IMG/VR virus record: IMGVR_UViG_3300005528_000063
Span: 1,378 to 65,377 of that record
Reading direction: 5' to 3' (one strand)
Origin: a virus
Lineage: Duplodnaviria; Caudoviricetes
Length of the DNA: 64,000 bases
Shown here in pieces: positions 46,380-55,657 of this stretch (position 1 is the stretch's first letter; every line of letters starts with the position of its first letter). The position numbers and the translations under genes were made by a program. The notes under the pieces are model-generated. The model worked only from the letters and a program-made list of their open reading frames with translations, did not search any database and had not been told where the DNA came from.

Positions 46380-47068
46380 GCAAGGTTATGGATATGTCGG
46401 TGTGGAACGCATGCAGCGACCACGTTGACGAGCTTTCGTCTGCAATGGCGAAGGCGTTCGGGCAGTTGCAGAACGTCGCGCGGAACAAGGTTTCGCACTT
46501 CGCCAAGAAGGGCAAGGACGGCAAGCCGAAACCGGACTACGCCGACCTCGCATCGTGCTTCGACTGCATCCGCACGGCGTACTCAGCCAACGGGCTGTCG
46601 GTCAGCCAGACGTTCCACCCGTACGGCGAGGACGGGACGATCCACCTCGTCACGACGGTGCGGCATTCCAGCGGCCAGTTTGAGCGGTCGTACCTGCCGA
46701 TGCCTGGACGCATCCCGCCGCAGGAGTTGGCGAAGACCGCCACCTACCTCAAGCGGATCGCCCTGTGCGCCATCGCAGGCATCGCTGCCGACGATGACGA
46801 CGACGGAGAGCAGGCCGAGAAGTCGGCTGCCAACGCTGCCGCAAACGACGAGGCCCGCATCGAGAAGGCTCTCGTGGCGAAGGTGCGTGCTTCACAGGAC
46901 GCAGAGGCGATTGCCGCCGTGATGGATCAGGTGGCTCGTGGCGTGTCGTCAGGCCAGCTTTCGGAGGCGGCTGCCAGCCGTGTTCGCCTGCTGGGCGCTG
47001 ACTGCGCCGCCAAGCTCGCGAAGAAGCAGACGAAGGAAGAGGCCAAGCAGCCCGCACTGGCGTCGTGA
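46376..47068 (+). CDS. ERF-family ssDNA annealing protein
   Basis: YADL, NGLSVSQ, TTVRHSSGQF, TYLKRIALCAIAGIAADDDDDG. Confidence 0.9.
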   Translation: MSKVMDMSVWNACSDHVDELSSAMAKAFGQLQNVARNKVSHFAKKGKDGKPKPDYADLASCFDCIRTAYSANGLSVSQTFHPYGEDGTIHLVTTVRHSSGQFERSYLPMPGRIPPQELAKTATYLKRIALCAIAGIAADDDDDGEQAEKSAANAAANDEARIEKALVAKVRASQDAEAIAAVMDQVARGVSSGQLSEAAASRVRLLGADCAAKLAKKQTKEEAKQPALAS

Positions 47069-47141
47069 ACTGAACACTCAGGTCGGGGAGTCCTCCTCAG
47101 CGGCACGCCGGATGCCGTCCCGCCCGTCCGGTAACTAAATC

Positions 47142-47414
47142 ATGGACGAGAAACTCATCGACTACACCCGCGTCGTCGCCCTCATGGCGCAGCAGGACTT
47201 GCTGGAAGAGAAGGCTGCCGTGCAGTTCTGCAAGGCCATCCTCCCCCAGCTGCTTGCCGAGCTTGAGGTGATGAGCCGCGTTGCCCAGAGCGCTCACTCC
47301 TTCCTTGCGTCCCTGCCTGCCCCGACGCAGCCAGAGCCGCCAGCCGCCAAGCCGTCGCAGCCGGCCAAGAAGGCCAAGCCAAAGCGGCGCAAGGCGAAGG
47401 GGGTGCGCAAATGA
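47142..47414 (+). CDS. Hypothetical protein with a basic tail
   Basis: Coupled to the helicase. Confidence 0.65.
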   Translation: MDEKLIDYTRVVALMAQQDLLEEKAAVQFCKAILPQLLAELEVMSRVAQSAHSFLASLPAPTQPEPPAAKPSQPAKKAKPKRRKAKGVRK

Positions 47415-48961
47415 GCCGCCAGCAGATTCGCTCTGCGGTACGTGCCGCACTCCGCGACTACCAGCGGAACGCCATCGAGGGCGTGTGCTCGTCAGCCAAG
47501 CGCGGCGACCGCAGGATCGTCGTGTGCCAGCCGGTCGGCAGCGGCAAGACGGAGGTTATGGCAGAGCTGTGCCGTATCGCACGGTATCCGCTCTCCATCG
47601 TGCCGCTCGTCGACCTCATGCGCCAGAACCGCGACCGGCTGGAGCTGCGTCTCGGCGAGTCCTGCGACATCGAGCAAGGCGGGAACTTCGCGGAATCCAT
47701 CGAGGGGCTTCGCAGCCGCGTCATCGTCGGCTCTCGCAACAGTCTTCTCAGCAGCGGCCGCTACAAGGCGAAGGCGTATGAGCGCGTGACGCTGGTGCTG
47801 GTTGACGAGTGCCACGTCGGCATGACGCCGCAGATGGAGGAGATGCTGCGGTGGTTCGAGGATCGCGGAGCCACAATCGTCGGCTTCTCCGCCACTCCGT
47901 ACAAGGGCAAGGGCAAGGCGCTCCGCTACTGGCCTCGCCCGCAGGTCGTGTACTCCCTCATGGAGGGAATCAACGACGGCTACCTCGTCGGCCCGACGTG
48001 CTACCTGTCGGAGGCTAAGTCCTTCGACCTGACGATGGTGGACGAGGTGTCTGGCGAGTGGAACAAGACGCAGCTCGCCGCCGTCCTGGCTGCCGAGCAC
48101 TTCGCTCAGGAGGTGTCGAGCCTCGTTCTCTCGACCCACAAGCAGATGCCGTCAGTCGTGTACGCCGCCAACGTGCGTCAGGCCAAGCTGCTGGTAGAGG
48201 TGCTTCAGCGGTACGGTGCGAAGGTCAGCCTTGTGTACGGCACGCAGAACCCGCTGGAGCGAAAGGCGAACATGGACGCCTTCGTGTCGGGCGAGGCGAA
48301 AATCATCGTCAACGTCGGCATTCTCGGCTACGGCTGGGACCACCCCGAGCTGATGAACATCTACATGGCGGCGCCGACGCGCTCGCTTTCACGCTACGAG
48401 CAGCGTCTCGGAAGAGGCACGCGGACGTGGCGTGGCATCATCCATCCTGACATGACCCGCGACGAGCGGCTGGATGCGATCCGCAATTCCCCGAAGCCGA
48501 CGTTCAACCTCTACGACATCACCGACTCGAGCCGCAGCCATCAACTGCTCTCGGCCCTCGACGTTCTCGACGCCAAGACCCGCAAGAGCGCAGCCCGCAA
48601 GGAGCGCATGCTCGGCCAGCTGTCGATGGACGGAACCAACGCCGTCGATGCAATCCGTCAAGCCGACGAGTTCGACCTTGCGGAGCTGGAGGCGAAGGCC
48701 GCAGAGATGATCGAGAAGCGGAAGCGCCTCGTCGTGGGCGTGACGTTCGATCACAGCACTCGCGACCTGTTCTCGGAGCCGGAAGGCCCGAAGCGTCGTG
48801 GCTGGCGGATGCTCTACGGCAAATACAAGGGGCAGCAGCTGGACTCGATCCCGGAGAGCTACCTGTCGTGGGTCATGGAATCCACCAAGAAGGAGTCTCC
48901 GTTCAAGCAGGCCGTGCGTCGTGAACTCGGAAGGCGGCACAAGGAGAAGGCCGCCGATTAG
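47411..48961 (+). CDS. SF2 DExH helicase with C-terminal DUF3820-like domain
   Basis: LRDYQ, PVGSGKT, DECH, SAT, QRLGRGTR; MLYGKYKGQQLDSIPESYLSW. Confidence 0.92.
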   Translation: MSRQQIRSAVRAALRDYQRNAIEGVCSSAKRGDRRIVVCQPVGSGKTEVMAELCRIARYPLSIVPLVDLMRQNRDRLELRLGESCDIEQGGNFAESIEGLRSRVIVGSRNSLLSSGRYKAKAYERVTLVLVDECHVGMTPQMEEMLRWFEDRGATIVGFSATPYKGKGKALRYWPRPQVVYSLMEGINDGYLVGPTCYLSEAKSFDLTMVDEVSGEWNKTQLAAVLAAEHFAQEVSSLVLSTHKQMPSVVYAANVRQAKLLVEVLQRYGAKVSLVYGTQNPLERKANMDAFVSGEAKIIVNVGILGYGWDHPELMNIYMAAPTRSLSRYEQRLGRGTRTWRGIIHPDMTRDERLDAIRNSPKPTFNLYDITDSSRSHQLLSALDVLDAKTRKSAARKERMLGQLSMDGTNAVDAIRQADEFDLAELEAKAAEMIEKRKRLVVGVTFDHSTRDLFSEPEGPKRRGWRMLYGKYKGQQLDSIPESYLSWVMESTKKESPFKQAVRRELGRRHKEKAAD

Positions 48962-48969
48962 GGGGCTGC

Positions 48970-49380
48970 ATGAGCAATGGAATGCTCGCTGGAAAAGTCA
49001 TCGCAGAGATCGGCGTGGCAATCGCTGTGGAGCGGCTCCTGCGGGCTGGCTTCGGCGTTGCCGTCCCGATCGTCGACGACGGATACGACCTCCTTGCGTT
49101 CGCTGGAAGGCGATACTGGCGCATTCAGGTCAAGGCAAGTGAGTGCCGCTCTCGCCGCAACGGCAGCCGCATACGAATCACGAGGGGCGGCCAGCGGAAG
49201 TGCCACCAGCGCTACTGCCCTGAGTCTGTCGACGCCTTCATCGCCGTCAACACACGAACACACGACGTCATGTGCGTGCCCGTCGCTGCCACAAACGGCC
49301 GGGCTTGGCTCACGTGGCGGGAGGGCAGCAGGTGGTCCGACATGGGCGTCCTGCACCGCATCAAAACACAACGCTGTTGA
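48970..49380 (+). CDS. PD-(D/E)XK endonuclease (group I intron-associated type)
   Basis: GxIAE...L.R.GF.V..P...YDLL....RIQVK...Y....VDAF. Confidence 0.8.
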   Translation: MSNGMLAGKVIAEIGVAIAVERLLRAGFGVAVPIVDDGYDLLAFAGRRYWRIQVKASECRSRRNGSRIRITRGGQRKCHQRYCPESVDAFIAVNTRTHDVMCVPVAATNGRAWLTWREGSRWSDMGVLHRIKTQRC

Positions 49381-49658
49381 TTTCCTCGTACCGACCAGCG
49401 TTTCAGAAATCAAAACGGTCGAGCCTAAACAAACCGCCCTGGACCGAATCGGGCGGCTGAGTGGTGTCAGCGCGAAATCCGGGCAACGGGCAGGTATTCG
49501 ATCCTGCTGCAAGCCAGTCATGGCCCAAGCCGCTACGTCCCGGTGGTTTGCTGAGGACAGGGCCGAATAAGGCTGAACAACGCTACCCCGAACGGGGTTG
49601 CTGACGCAGGGCTCCCGGCCCTTCTCAGCACGGAAGCGGTCTAGACAGAGACAACCAA

Positions 49659-49928
49659 ATGCCAAAAGACCTCGTACTCCTGCGCTACACCGACTCCACC
49701 GGCCGGCGTCTCGCCGCACTCTGCCGCCCAAGCGAGGGCGTCGAGACGCTGCGTCAGGTGGTGGGAGAGGAATCGGAAGAGGACCGGGAGTGGTACAGGA
49801 AGCCGCACAAGTCGGCCGTCGTCATCGACACGGATGGCACGCTGACGATCACGAAGGCCGACGACTTGATGCTGCTGTCGTTCTGGTTCACGGTCGCAGC
49901 CAACTGGCTGCGTGAGCACGGAGGGTGA
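49659..49928 (+). CDS. Hypothetical protein
   Basis: ORF following the noncoding gap. Confidence 0.65.
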   Translation: MPKDLVLLRYTDSTGRRLAALCRPSEGVETLRQVVGEESEEDREWYRKPHKSAVVIDTDGTLTITKADDLMLLSFWFTVAANWLREHGG

Positions 49929-49929
49929 G

Positions 49930-50205
49930 ATGAACGGATTCACGAAAGGAGCGATCGTCATGTCTGGGTTGCTATCGCAGGCGCTGGGCGCCCTGTTCAA
50001 GGAGAACGAGCAGATCGTGGCTCCGGCAAAGGCGCTGGCTGGCGTGGCGTCGTGCCGCATTTCATTCAAGGAGTCGGCCACAGACCTTGCTACTGGGGAG
50101 AAGAAGTACCGCTGGTGCATCGAGTTCCAGAACGGCGAGGACTGCATGGTGTTTGACGAGGCAGTGCGCCACATCATCGACGCCGTGACTGGAGAGGAGC
50201 AGTGA
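49930..50205 (+). CDS. Hypothetical protein
   Basis: GGAGG RBS; coupled. Confidence 0.65.
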   Translation: MNGFTKGAIVMSGLLSQALGALFKENEQIVAPAKALAGVASCRISFKESATDLATGEKKYRWCIEFQNGEDCMVFDEAVRHIIDAVTGEEQ

Positions 50206-50906
50206 GCAATGGGCGTGAGGAACTATCGGCCTTCGCGAACGAATACCATTTCTGTGCAGTGTGCTGGTCGCGCACGGAAGCGTTGCACATCCACCACCTG
50301 CAACAGGGGGCGGGGCGCGTGCATGACAGAAGGTGCCTGCTGCGGCTCTGTCACTACTGCCACGACGGCCTTCACTTCGGAGGCAAGCACGACCTCACGA
50401 AGGGCATGTGCCTCACTGCCAAGCGAGAAGTCGACGACGAGAACTACGACCCTGCGTTCCTGGCTGAGCTGCGCCACAAGCGCCATCTCGGCTACGGCCC
50501 GGAGCGTTACCCGTTTCGTGTGTTCATGTGGCGGCGGAAGAACGGAGTCCCGCAGGAGTTAGTACGCATGGCAATCAACAGCAGAAACAAGGGAAAGCGT
50601 GGCGAGCTGGAGGCTGCGGCCGAGTGGAACCGGCTGGTTCCCAATGCCCATGCCCGGCGCAGTCAGCAGCACAGCGGCACGGAGAGCGCCAGCGACCTCA
50701 TCAGTCCCGGCACCCCGCACCTCTGGCTGGAGGTGAAGCGCGTCGAGCGTGGGCTGAACCTCGAGGCCGTGATGGAGAAGTCACAGGAGCAGTGCGGGGA
50801 GCTTGCGCCCGTCGTCCTGCACCGCAAGAACGACAGCGACTGGCTGGTCACGTTCCGGCTGGAAGACATCCGGCGATTCGTGCAGCAGGTGCAGGGAGCC
50901 ATGTAA
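50202..50906 (+). CDS. HNH-like Zn domain fused to a Holliday-junction-resolvase-like PD-(D/E)XK domain
   Basis: CAVC..HIHH..LRLCHYCH, then INSRNKGKRGELE...SDL...LEVKR. Confidence 0.8.
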   Translation: MSNGREELSAFANEYHFCAVCWSRTEALHIHHLQQGAGRVHDRRCLLRLCHYCHDGLHFGGKHDLTKGMCLTAKREVDDENYDPAFLAELRHKRHLGYGPERYPFRVFMWRRKNGVPQELVRMAINSRNKGKRGELEAAAEWNRLVPNAHARRSQQHSGTESASDLISPGTPHLWLEVKRVERGLNLEAVMEKSQEQCGELAPVVLHRKNDSDWLVTFRLEDIRRFVQQVQGAM

Positions 50907-51196
50907 TGCCAGAGAACCACTCGTTCCTCATCAACGGCGTCCGCTGGCTGTGGAGATACACACGGCTCAAGGGGCAGGCGGTTGGCTGGGCGCAGTGGCC
51001 CGACCAGCGGAATCCGCACCTCGACAAGAAGGTGCTGATCGACGAGCGGCTCAAGGGGCGCGCTCGCCTGAACACGGAGATTCACGAGTACCTGCACGCG
51101 GCCAATCCGACCCTGAGCGAGGAGCACGTCTCGCAGCAGGGCGATGACCTGAGCCGAATCCTGTGGGCGCTGGGCTACCGGCGCATGGAGGGCTGA
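50906..51196 (+). CDS. Small HExxH metallopeptidase-like protein
   Basis: LNTEIHEYLHA...EEHV. Confidence 0.7.
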   Translation: MPENHSFLINGVRWLWRYTRLKGQAVGWAQWPDQRNPHLDKKVLIDERLKGRARLNTEIHEYLHAANPTLSEEHVSQQGDDLSRILWALGYRRMEG

Positions 51197-51669
51197 TGCA
51201 CGTCGCACTTGAGTGGTTCGAGGTGAGCCGGGCTGCGCTCGTAGGCGTGTCCCGCAACGTCGAGGCTCTTCGGAAGGGGTGTCAGAACCGCATGCCAATC
51301 AACGACGAGTGGAGCATCCACATACTCGGAGCGCTAGGCGAGTGTGCCTTCGCGAAGGCGACCAACCGCTACTGGAACGGAAGCGTCAATACCTTCAAGG
51401 CCGGTGGCGACGTCGGCGAGTCGATTCAGGTGCGCACGAGATCGAAGCACAGCTACGACCTCATCGTCAGGCGCGACGACCGAGACGCCGACGTGTTCGT
51501 GCTTGTTACGGGCGGGCCTCACGACTTCGAGGTGCGAGGCTGGATGCTCGGCAAGGACGCGAAGGCCGACAAGTACAAGGCGAACTATGGCAACTACGGC
51601 GAGGCGTACTTTGTTCCCAGTCGGGAGCTGCGCTCTGTCGCGGACTTGGTTCTCGGAGGTGGGCAATGA
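51196..51669 (+). CDS. Conserved phage protein, possible nuclease fold
   Basis: GALGECAFAK...DVG..IQVR...LVTG...RGW. Confidence 0.7.
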   Translation: MHVALEWFEVSRAALVGVSRNVEALRKGCQNRMPINDEWSIHILGALGECAFAKATNRYWNGSVNTFKAGGDVGESIQVRTRSKHSYDLIVRRDDRDADVFVLVTGGPHDFEVRGWMLGKDAKADKYKANYGNYGEAYFVPSRELRSVADLVLGGGQ

Positions 51670-52181
51670 ATGCCACGACGATGCAGACGTTCAGCGGCCG
51701 GCTCATAGACCTTTCTGCGTTCTCCGTCGAGGACGTGCGCATAGCCGACATTGCGCACGCCCTGTCGATCATCAACCGCTTCACCGGCCACAGCAAAGTC
51801 CCGTACTCGGTGGCGCAGCACAGCGTCATGGTGAGCCGTATATGCGAGCCGGAGCATGCGCTGTGGGGGCTGCTGCACGACGCCAGCGAAGCATATCTGG
51901 GCGACATGGCAACGCCGCTCAAGACCCTGCTGCCTCAGTACCGCGAGCTAGAGGAGCGCGTCCAGAGGACGATTGCCCTGGCGTTCGGATTGGCGTGGCC
52001 CATGCCGCCTGTCGTCAAGGTCGCCGACCTGCGCGCCTTGATGGGCGAGAAGCGCGACCTCGTTCCTGGCTCGGCCGACTGGGGGATCGACATTGAGCCG
52101 GCATGCGGGCCGATCAACCCGTACTGCTGGCGCGAAGCAAAGAAACTTTTTGAGGACCGTTACAAGGAGCTAGTTCCATGA
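51666..52181 (+). CDS. HD-domain phosphohydrolase (YfbR-like 5'-deoxynucleotidase)
   Basis: DIAHALS...RFTGH...YSVAQHS...LLHDASEAYLGD...VKVAD. Confidence 0.9.
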   Translation: MNATTMQTFSGRLIDLSAFSVEDVRIADIAHALSIINRFTGHSKVPYSVAQHSVMVSRICEPEHALWGLLHDASEAYLGDMATPLKTLLPQYRELEERVQRTIALAFGLAWPMPPVVKVADLRALMGEKRDLVPGSADWGIDIEPACGPINPYCWREAKKLFEDRYKELVP

Positions 52182-52540
52182 TGATGAAGGTATGCGAAGA
52201 GAAGGCGGTTCGGTATCAGAGCGGTGCGGTGCGGTCGAGCGACGCAGAGGCGACGCGCTACGACCTCATCACTCCGATTGGACTGGCGGCTGTAGCTGCC
52301 GCTTGCGCGGAGGGTGCCGCTAAGTACGGCGACTACAACTGGGAGAAGGGCATGCCGGCGAACGACATGCTGAATCACGCACTGCGCCATATCTATATGT
52401 TCCTCTCCGGAAACCGGGACGAGGATCATCTCGGACACGCAGCGTGGAACGTCATGGCGGCGATCCACTCCCTCGAGGTTTGGCCGGAACTGAACGAGGG
52501 AACACTTCGCAGCGGCTATTGTGAGGCACCGCGACACTAA
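52178..52540 (+). CDS. dATP/dGTP diphosphohydrolase-domain protein (DUF5664-like)
   Basis: RYDLI...EGAAKYGDYNWEKGM...HALRH...EDHLGHAAWN. Confidence 0.85.
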   Translation: MMMKVCEEKAVRYQSGAVRSSDAEATRYDLITPIGLAAVAAACAEGAAKYGDYNWEKGMPANDMLNHALRHIYMFLSGNRDEDHLGHAAWNVMAAIHSLEVWPELNEGTLRSGYCEAPRH

Positions 52541-53113
52541 ATGATTGCCGTCGCCGTAACGGAATACGACGACGAGAACATCGTTGAGGAATGCGAGAGC
52601 GGCTGGAGGAGGTTCTGTGCAGAGGTTCTCGTTAGGACGCACTACCACGTGCGGGAATTGTGTAATCGCCATCGTCGGCTGGGGTGCGCACGGATGCAGC
52701 CCTCCAGCCGGAAGGAGTGGGAAATCCTACGCCGGCAGGTAGCCGCCTACCGCTGGGTATTCGAGGGCACTGGGGAGGGCTTTACGTTTGCCCAGACGTG
52801 CCTGGATTTGGGCCTTTGCCCGGTGGTTGTGCGCCGGAAGCTGCTGTCTCTGTGCCGCCCAGAGCGGGACATAAACCTCTTAGTGGGCTGGGTCCGCAGG
52901 CAAGAGGAGAGGCAACGTGGCAACCATCGCGCAAAAGGTAAAGCAGCTCGTGGAATGGGCGCCAGCATTGTCGCTGCTGTCCGAGATTTCCGCAGCCGAC
53001 ACGGCGAAAGAGAGGGTCGACGGGGCGCTCAAACTCATGCGGTTTGTCGCTACCAAAACCCAGACGCCAATCGACGACGAGCTTCTGGAGAGGCTGGAGG
53101 CAGTGCTCCTTAG
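52541..53113 (+). CDS. Hypothetical protein; C-terminus overlaps the next gene
   Basis: AYRWVF...FTFAQTCLDLGL motif seen in phage regulator-like proteins. Confidence 0.55.
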   Translation: MIAVAVTEYDDENIVEECESGWRRFCAEVLVRTHYHVRELCNRHRRLGCARMQPSSRKEWEILRRQVAAYRWVFEGTGEGFTFAQTCLDLGLCPVVVRRKLLSLCRPERDINLLVGWVRRQEERQRGNHRAKGKAARGMGASIVAAVRDFRSRHGEREGRRGAQTHAVCRYQNPDANRRRASGEAGGSAP

Positions 53114-53189
53114 CTCGCAGGGCCAGGAGCTGTTCGAGTACATCGTCACCCTGGTCACGGCGGTGTCGTTCACGGAGATCGACGAATGA
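52917..53189 (+). CDS. Hypothetical protein (KTxTxIDD motif)
   Basis: GAGGAG RBS, GTG start. Confidence 0.7.
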   Translation: MATIAQKVKQLVEWAPALSLLSEISAADTAKERVDGALKLMRFVATKTQTPIDDELLERLEAVLLSSQGQELFEYIVTLVTAVSFTEIDE

Positions 53190-53431
53190 CCCCCGCGATG
53201 GTGGCGATCGTAGCTGCGCTCGTGGCTGGCGGGGCGTTTGCCCTGCCGTACATTCCTTTCCCGGCCCGGTCGGCCGGACTCTCGTCTTCCGACCGGGCCG
53301 GATGGGTGAACCGCCTGTTTGCGCTGGCCGCTGCGGCTGATGATGCCGGCGAGCCGCACGTGGCGGCGCAGGCCCGTGCGCTCATCGCCGCGCTTGTGAA
53401 TCAGCAGGAGCCCGCTAAGAGGGGGAAGTAG
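53186..53431 (+). CDS. Membrane-anchored small protein
   Basis: N-terminal hydrophobic helix. Confidence 0.7.
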   Translation: MTPAMVAIVAALVAGGAFALPYIPFPARSAGLSSSDRAGWVNRLFALAAAADDAGEPHVAAQARALIAALVNQQEPAKRGK

Positions 53432-53432
53432 C

Positions 53433-53861
53433 ATGGGCTGGGTTCGTGCCTCCGTCATCGCTGCGTGCCTGCTTGTGTGCGCTGGCGCAGCCGGCGTGAG
53501 CTGGGTGCAGTCTGTGCTGCGCCCTGTAGATACGCGCCCGGTTGTTGTTCCCGCCTCCGTCCTGGCTGGCGTGGGTTCGGCCGACGCCAAGCAGCTTCGC
53601 GACTTCTACGCCGCGATGGCCGACATCGTGGTGCGTGACGGGCAGGCGAAGGAGCCGGTGTGCAAGACGACGCTCGACCTCCGCAATCGGCACAAGGCTG
53701 CATTGCAGATGGCGTTCGCAATGACCGGCATGGTCGGCAAGTATCCGGGTCTTGGCGAGCGGCTCGACGCCTATCTGCTTGATGCCATTGGCGGCACGGA
53801 TGTTCCGCTGACTTCGGCTATTCGAGAGTCGGCCTCGAAGGCGTTCGCGGCGATCCGATAG
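53433..53861 (+). CDS. Membrane-anchored or secreted protein
   Basis: N-terminal hydrophobic helix. Confidence 0.7.
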   Translation: MGWVRASVIAACLLVCAGAAGVSWVQSVLRPVDTRPVVVPASVLAGVGSADAKQLRDFYAAMADIVVRDGQAKEPVCKTTLDLRNRHKAALQMAFAMTGMVGKYPGLGERLDAYLLDAIGGTDVPLTSAIRESASKAFAAIR

Positions 53862-53870
53862 GGAGAGGCG

Positions 53871-54806
53871 ATGGAAGACACCTACTCCCCAGAAGAGATC
53901 GTGCGGCTGTACGAGGATGGGCTTGTCGGGTCGGTCTGCGACCCAGAGGCGACCGCCCGTCTGGCCGCTACCCTGCCGATGCCGTTCTTTGGGTTCACGC
54001 TGCACGGCAGTGGAGCCGGCAAGTTGAGCCTGCCGTTCAAGGCCGTCGTCGAGTTCGAGAAAGCGACCGGCCGGAAGCCATACGACGAGGCGCAGACGAC
54101 TGGCGACTGCGTGTCCCATGCCGTCCGCAATGCCATCGACATTGCGAGAGCCAACGACCCTGACATCCACTCCACAGAAGACTGGGTGGACCGCACCGCA
54201 ACTGAGCCTCTCTACGGCGCTCGCGGCCATTCCGGGCAGGGCGCTATCTGCTCCGACATCGTGGGCTGGGCGCACCGCACCGGCGGCTGCATGCTCCGCA
54301 AGAAGTACGACGAGCTGGGGCTCGACCTGTCGCAGTACAACGCATCTGTCGGCATCCGGTGGGGCGGCAGGGGCGTGCCGGCGAATGTCACTTCCGCAGC
54401 GGCGAAGCATCGCGTCGGCACGATCAGCTTGATCCAGTCGTGGGAGCAAGCTCGTGATGCACTGGCCAATGGGTATGGCGTGCTGGCGTGCTCGAGCGTC
54501 GGCTTCCAGCACACCAGAAACTCGGAGGGCGTGGCCCGGCCTTCTGGGGTATGGCAGCACGCGATGGCCTGGACGGCGGCGGATGACACCCGTCCTGGCG
54601 ACTGCCGCTTTTGCGTGCAGAACAGCTGGGGCTATTCGTGGATCAAGGGAGATAGGGTTCACGGCCAGCCGGAGGGCTCGTTCTGGGTTACGCAGGACGT
54701 TGCCAAGCGGATCATAGATCACGGTGGCACGTGGGCCGTGAGCAACGTGGACGGCTTCCCGCGCCGCCAGCTCAAGGACTGGGGCGCGAAGGAGGTGCTC
54801 GGGTGA
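53871..54806 (+). CDS. Papain-like (C1) cysteine peptidase
   Basis: QTTGDCVSHA (Q, C), WQHAM (H), VQNSWG (N). Confidence 0.88.
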   Translation: MEDTYSPEEIVRLYEDGLVGSVCDPEATARLAATLPMPFFGFTLHGSGAGKLSLPFKAVVEFEKATGRKPYDEAQTTGDCVSHAVRNAIDIARANDPDIHSTEDWVDRTATEPLYGARGHSGQGAICSDIVGWAHRTGGCMLRKKYDELGLDLSQYNASVGIRWGGRGVPANVTSAAAKHRVGTISLIQSWEQARDALANGYGVLACSSVGFQHTRNSEGVARPSGVWQHAMAWTAADDTRPGDCRFCVQNSWGYSWIKGDRVHGQPEGSFWVTQDVAKRIIDHGGTWAVSNVDGFPRRQLKDWGAKEVLG

Positions 54807-55045
54807 AGATCAGCGTTGCGACTGTGGCGGTGTGGCTGGCGTTCGCGCCTGCTGCCGTGTCTCCCAAGCCAGAGCCAGCCCCGCAGAAGTGCTGCGGTGC
54901 GTGCAATGGAACGGGGATGGTGTGGACCGGCGATGGTCTGGCGCGGGTGCATTGCCCGTGCCCGTCTACCTGCCCGTGCGCTAAGAACCGCCCAAAGATG
55001 ACGCTCTCCGGGACGTGCGTCGGAGGCCAGTGCAATGTCCGCTGA
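54803..55045 (+). CDS. Small Cys-rich protein with signal peptide and CxxCxGxG motif
   Basis: MKISVATVAVWLAF...CCGACNGTG...CPCPSTCPC. Confidence 0.7.
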   Translation: MKISVATVAVWLAFAPAAVSPKPEPAPQKCCGACNGTGMVWTGDGLARVHCPCPSTCPCAKNRPKMTLSGTCVGGQCNVR

Positions 55046-55316
55046 CAACATCCGCAAGCTGAAGGAGGAGCTGGAGCCGAACTCCCCACGCCGCACGCCC
55101 AGTCATCCGACGAAGAGCCACGTCGTCCTGGCGAAGCGTGGCGGCGAGGAGCGACTCATTCGGTTCGGCCAGCAGGGCGTCGAGGGTGCTGGCTCCGACC
55201 CGAAGACCGAAGAGGAGAAGGCCCGGCGCCGCAGCTATTACGCACGACACAACGCCCAAGACTCTGATCCTGACATCTTCTCGGCGCGTTACTGGTCGCA
55301 CAAGGTGAAGTGGTAG
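55035..55316 (+). CDS. Conserved basic viral protein, possibly DUF5754-like
   Basis: KSHVVLA...LIRFGQQG...RRRSYYARH...SARYWSHKVKW. Confidence 0.75.
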   Translation: MSADNIRKLKEELEPNSPRRTPSHPTKSHVVLAKRGGEERLIRFGQQGVEGAGSDPKTEEEKARRRSYYARHNAQDSDPDIFSARYWSHKVKW

Positions 55317-55318
55317 GC

Positions 55319-55657
55319 ATGGAAGAACTAAAGGAATACGTCCGCTCTCGCGTGCCGGTGCGTGCTGCACTGGTCGGCCGGGCCGGCCTGGACGGGCTGG
55401 TCGAGGACGCCGTTGCGGAGTGGCCCATCTCGCCGCTCATGGAGTGTGCTCATGGAACTTCGATGGAGCGCAAGGTGCTCGACGGGCTGTCGGGGCGGGT
55501 TCGTCGTCGACGCCAGCGATACGGCTTTATCTGGTCGCTGCTGCTGGCATCTGCCCTGTCGGCGGTGATTCGCATCATTCTGGAATGGTGGCTATCCAGA
55601 CCGGCCAATCGGGTGAAGCTGGCTGGGTGGCAGTGTGCGTCGAGAGGTGAGTCGTGA
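55319..55657 (+). CDS. Membrane protein
   Basis: YGFIWSLLLASALSAVIRIILEWW hydrophobic helix. Confidence 0.65.
   Translation: MEELKEYVRSRVPVRAALVGRAGLDGLVEDAVAEWPISPLMECAHGTSMERKVLDGLSGRVRRRRQRYGFIWSLLLASALSAVIRIILEWWLSRPANRVKLAGWQCASRGES

Noticed and set aside
49490-49507. tRNA gene suggested by a TTCGA loop
   Set aside because: No acceptor stem, D arm or anticodon arm could be built around it.
51666-52540. Complete 2-aminoadenine (Z-DNA) pathway
   Set aside because: No PurZ/PurA homologue or phage DNA polymerase was recognised.
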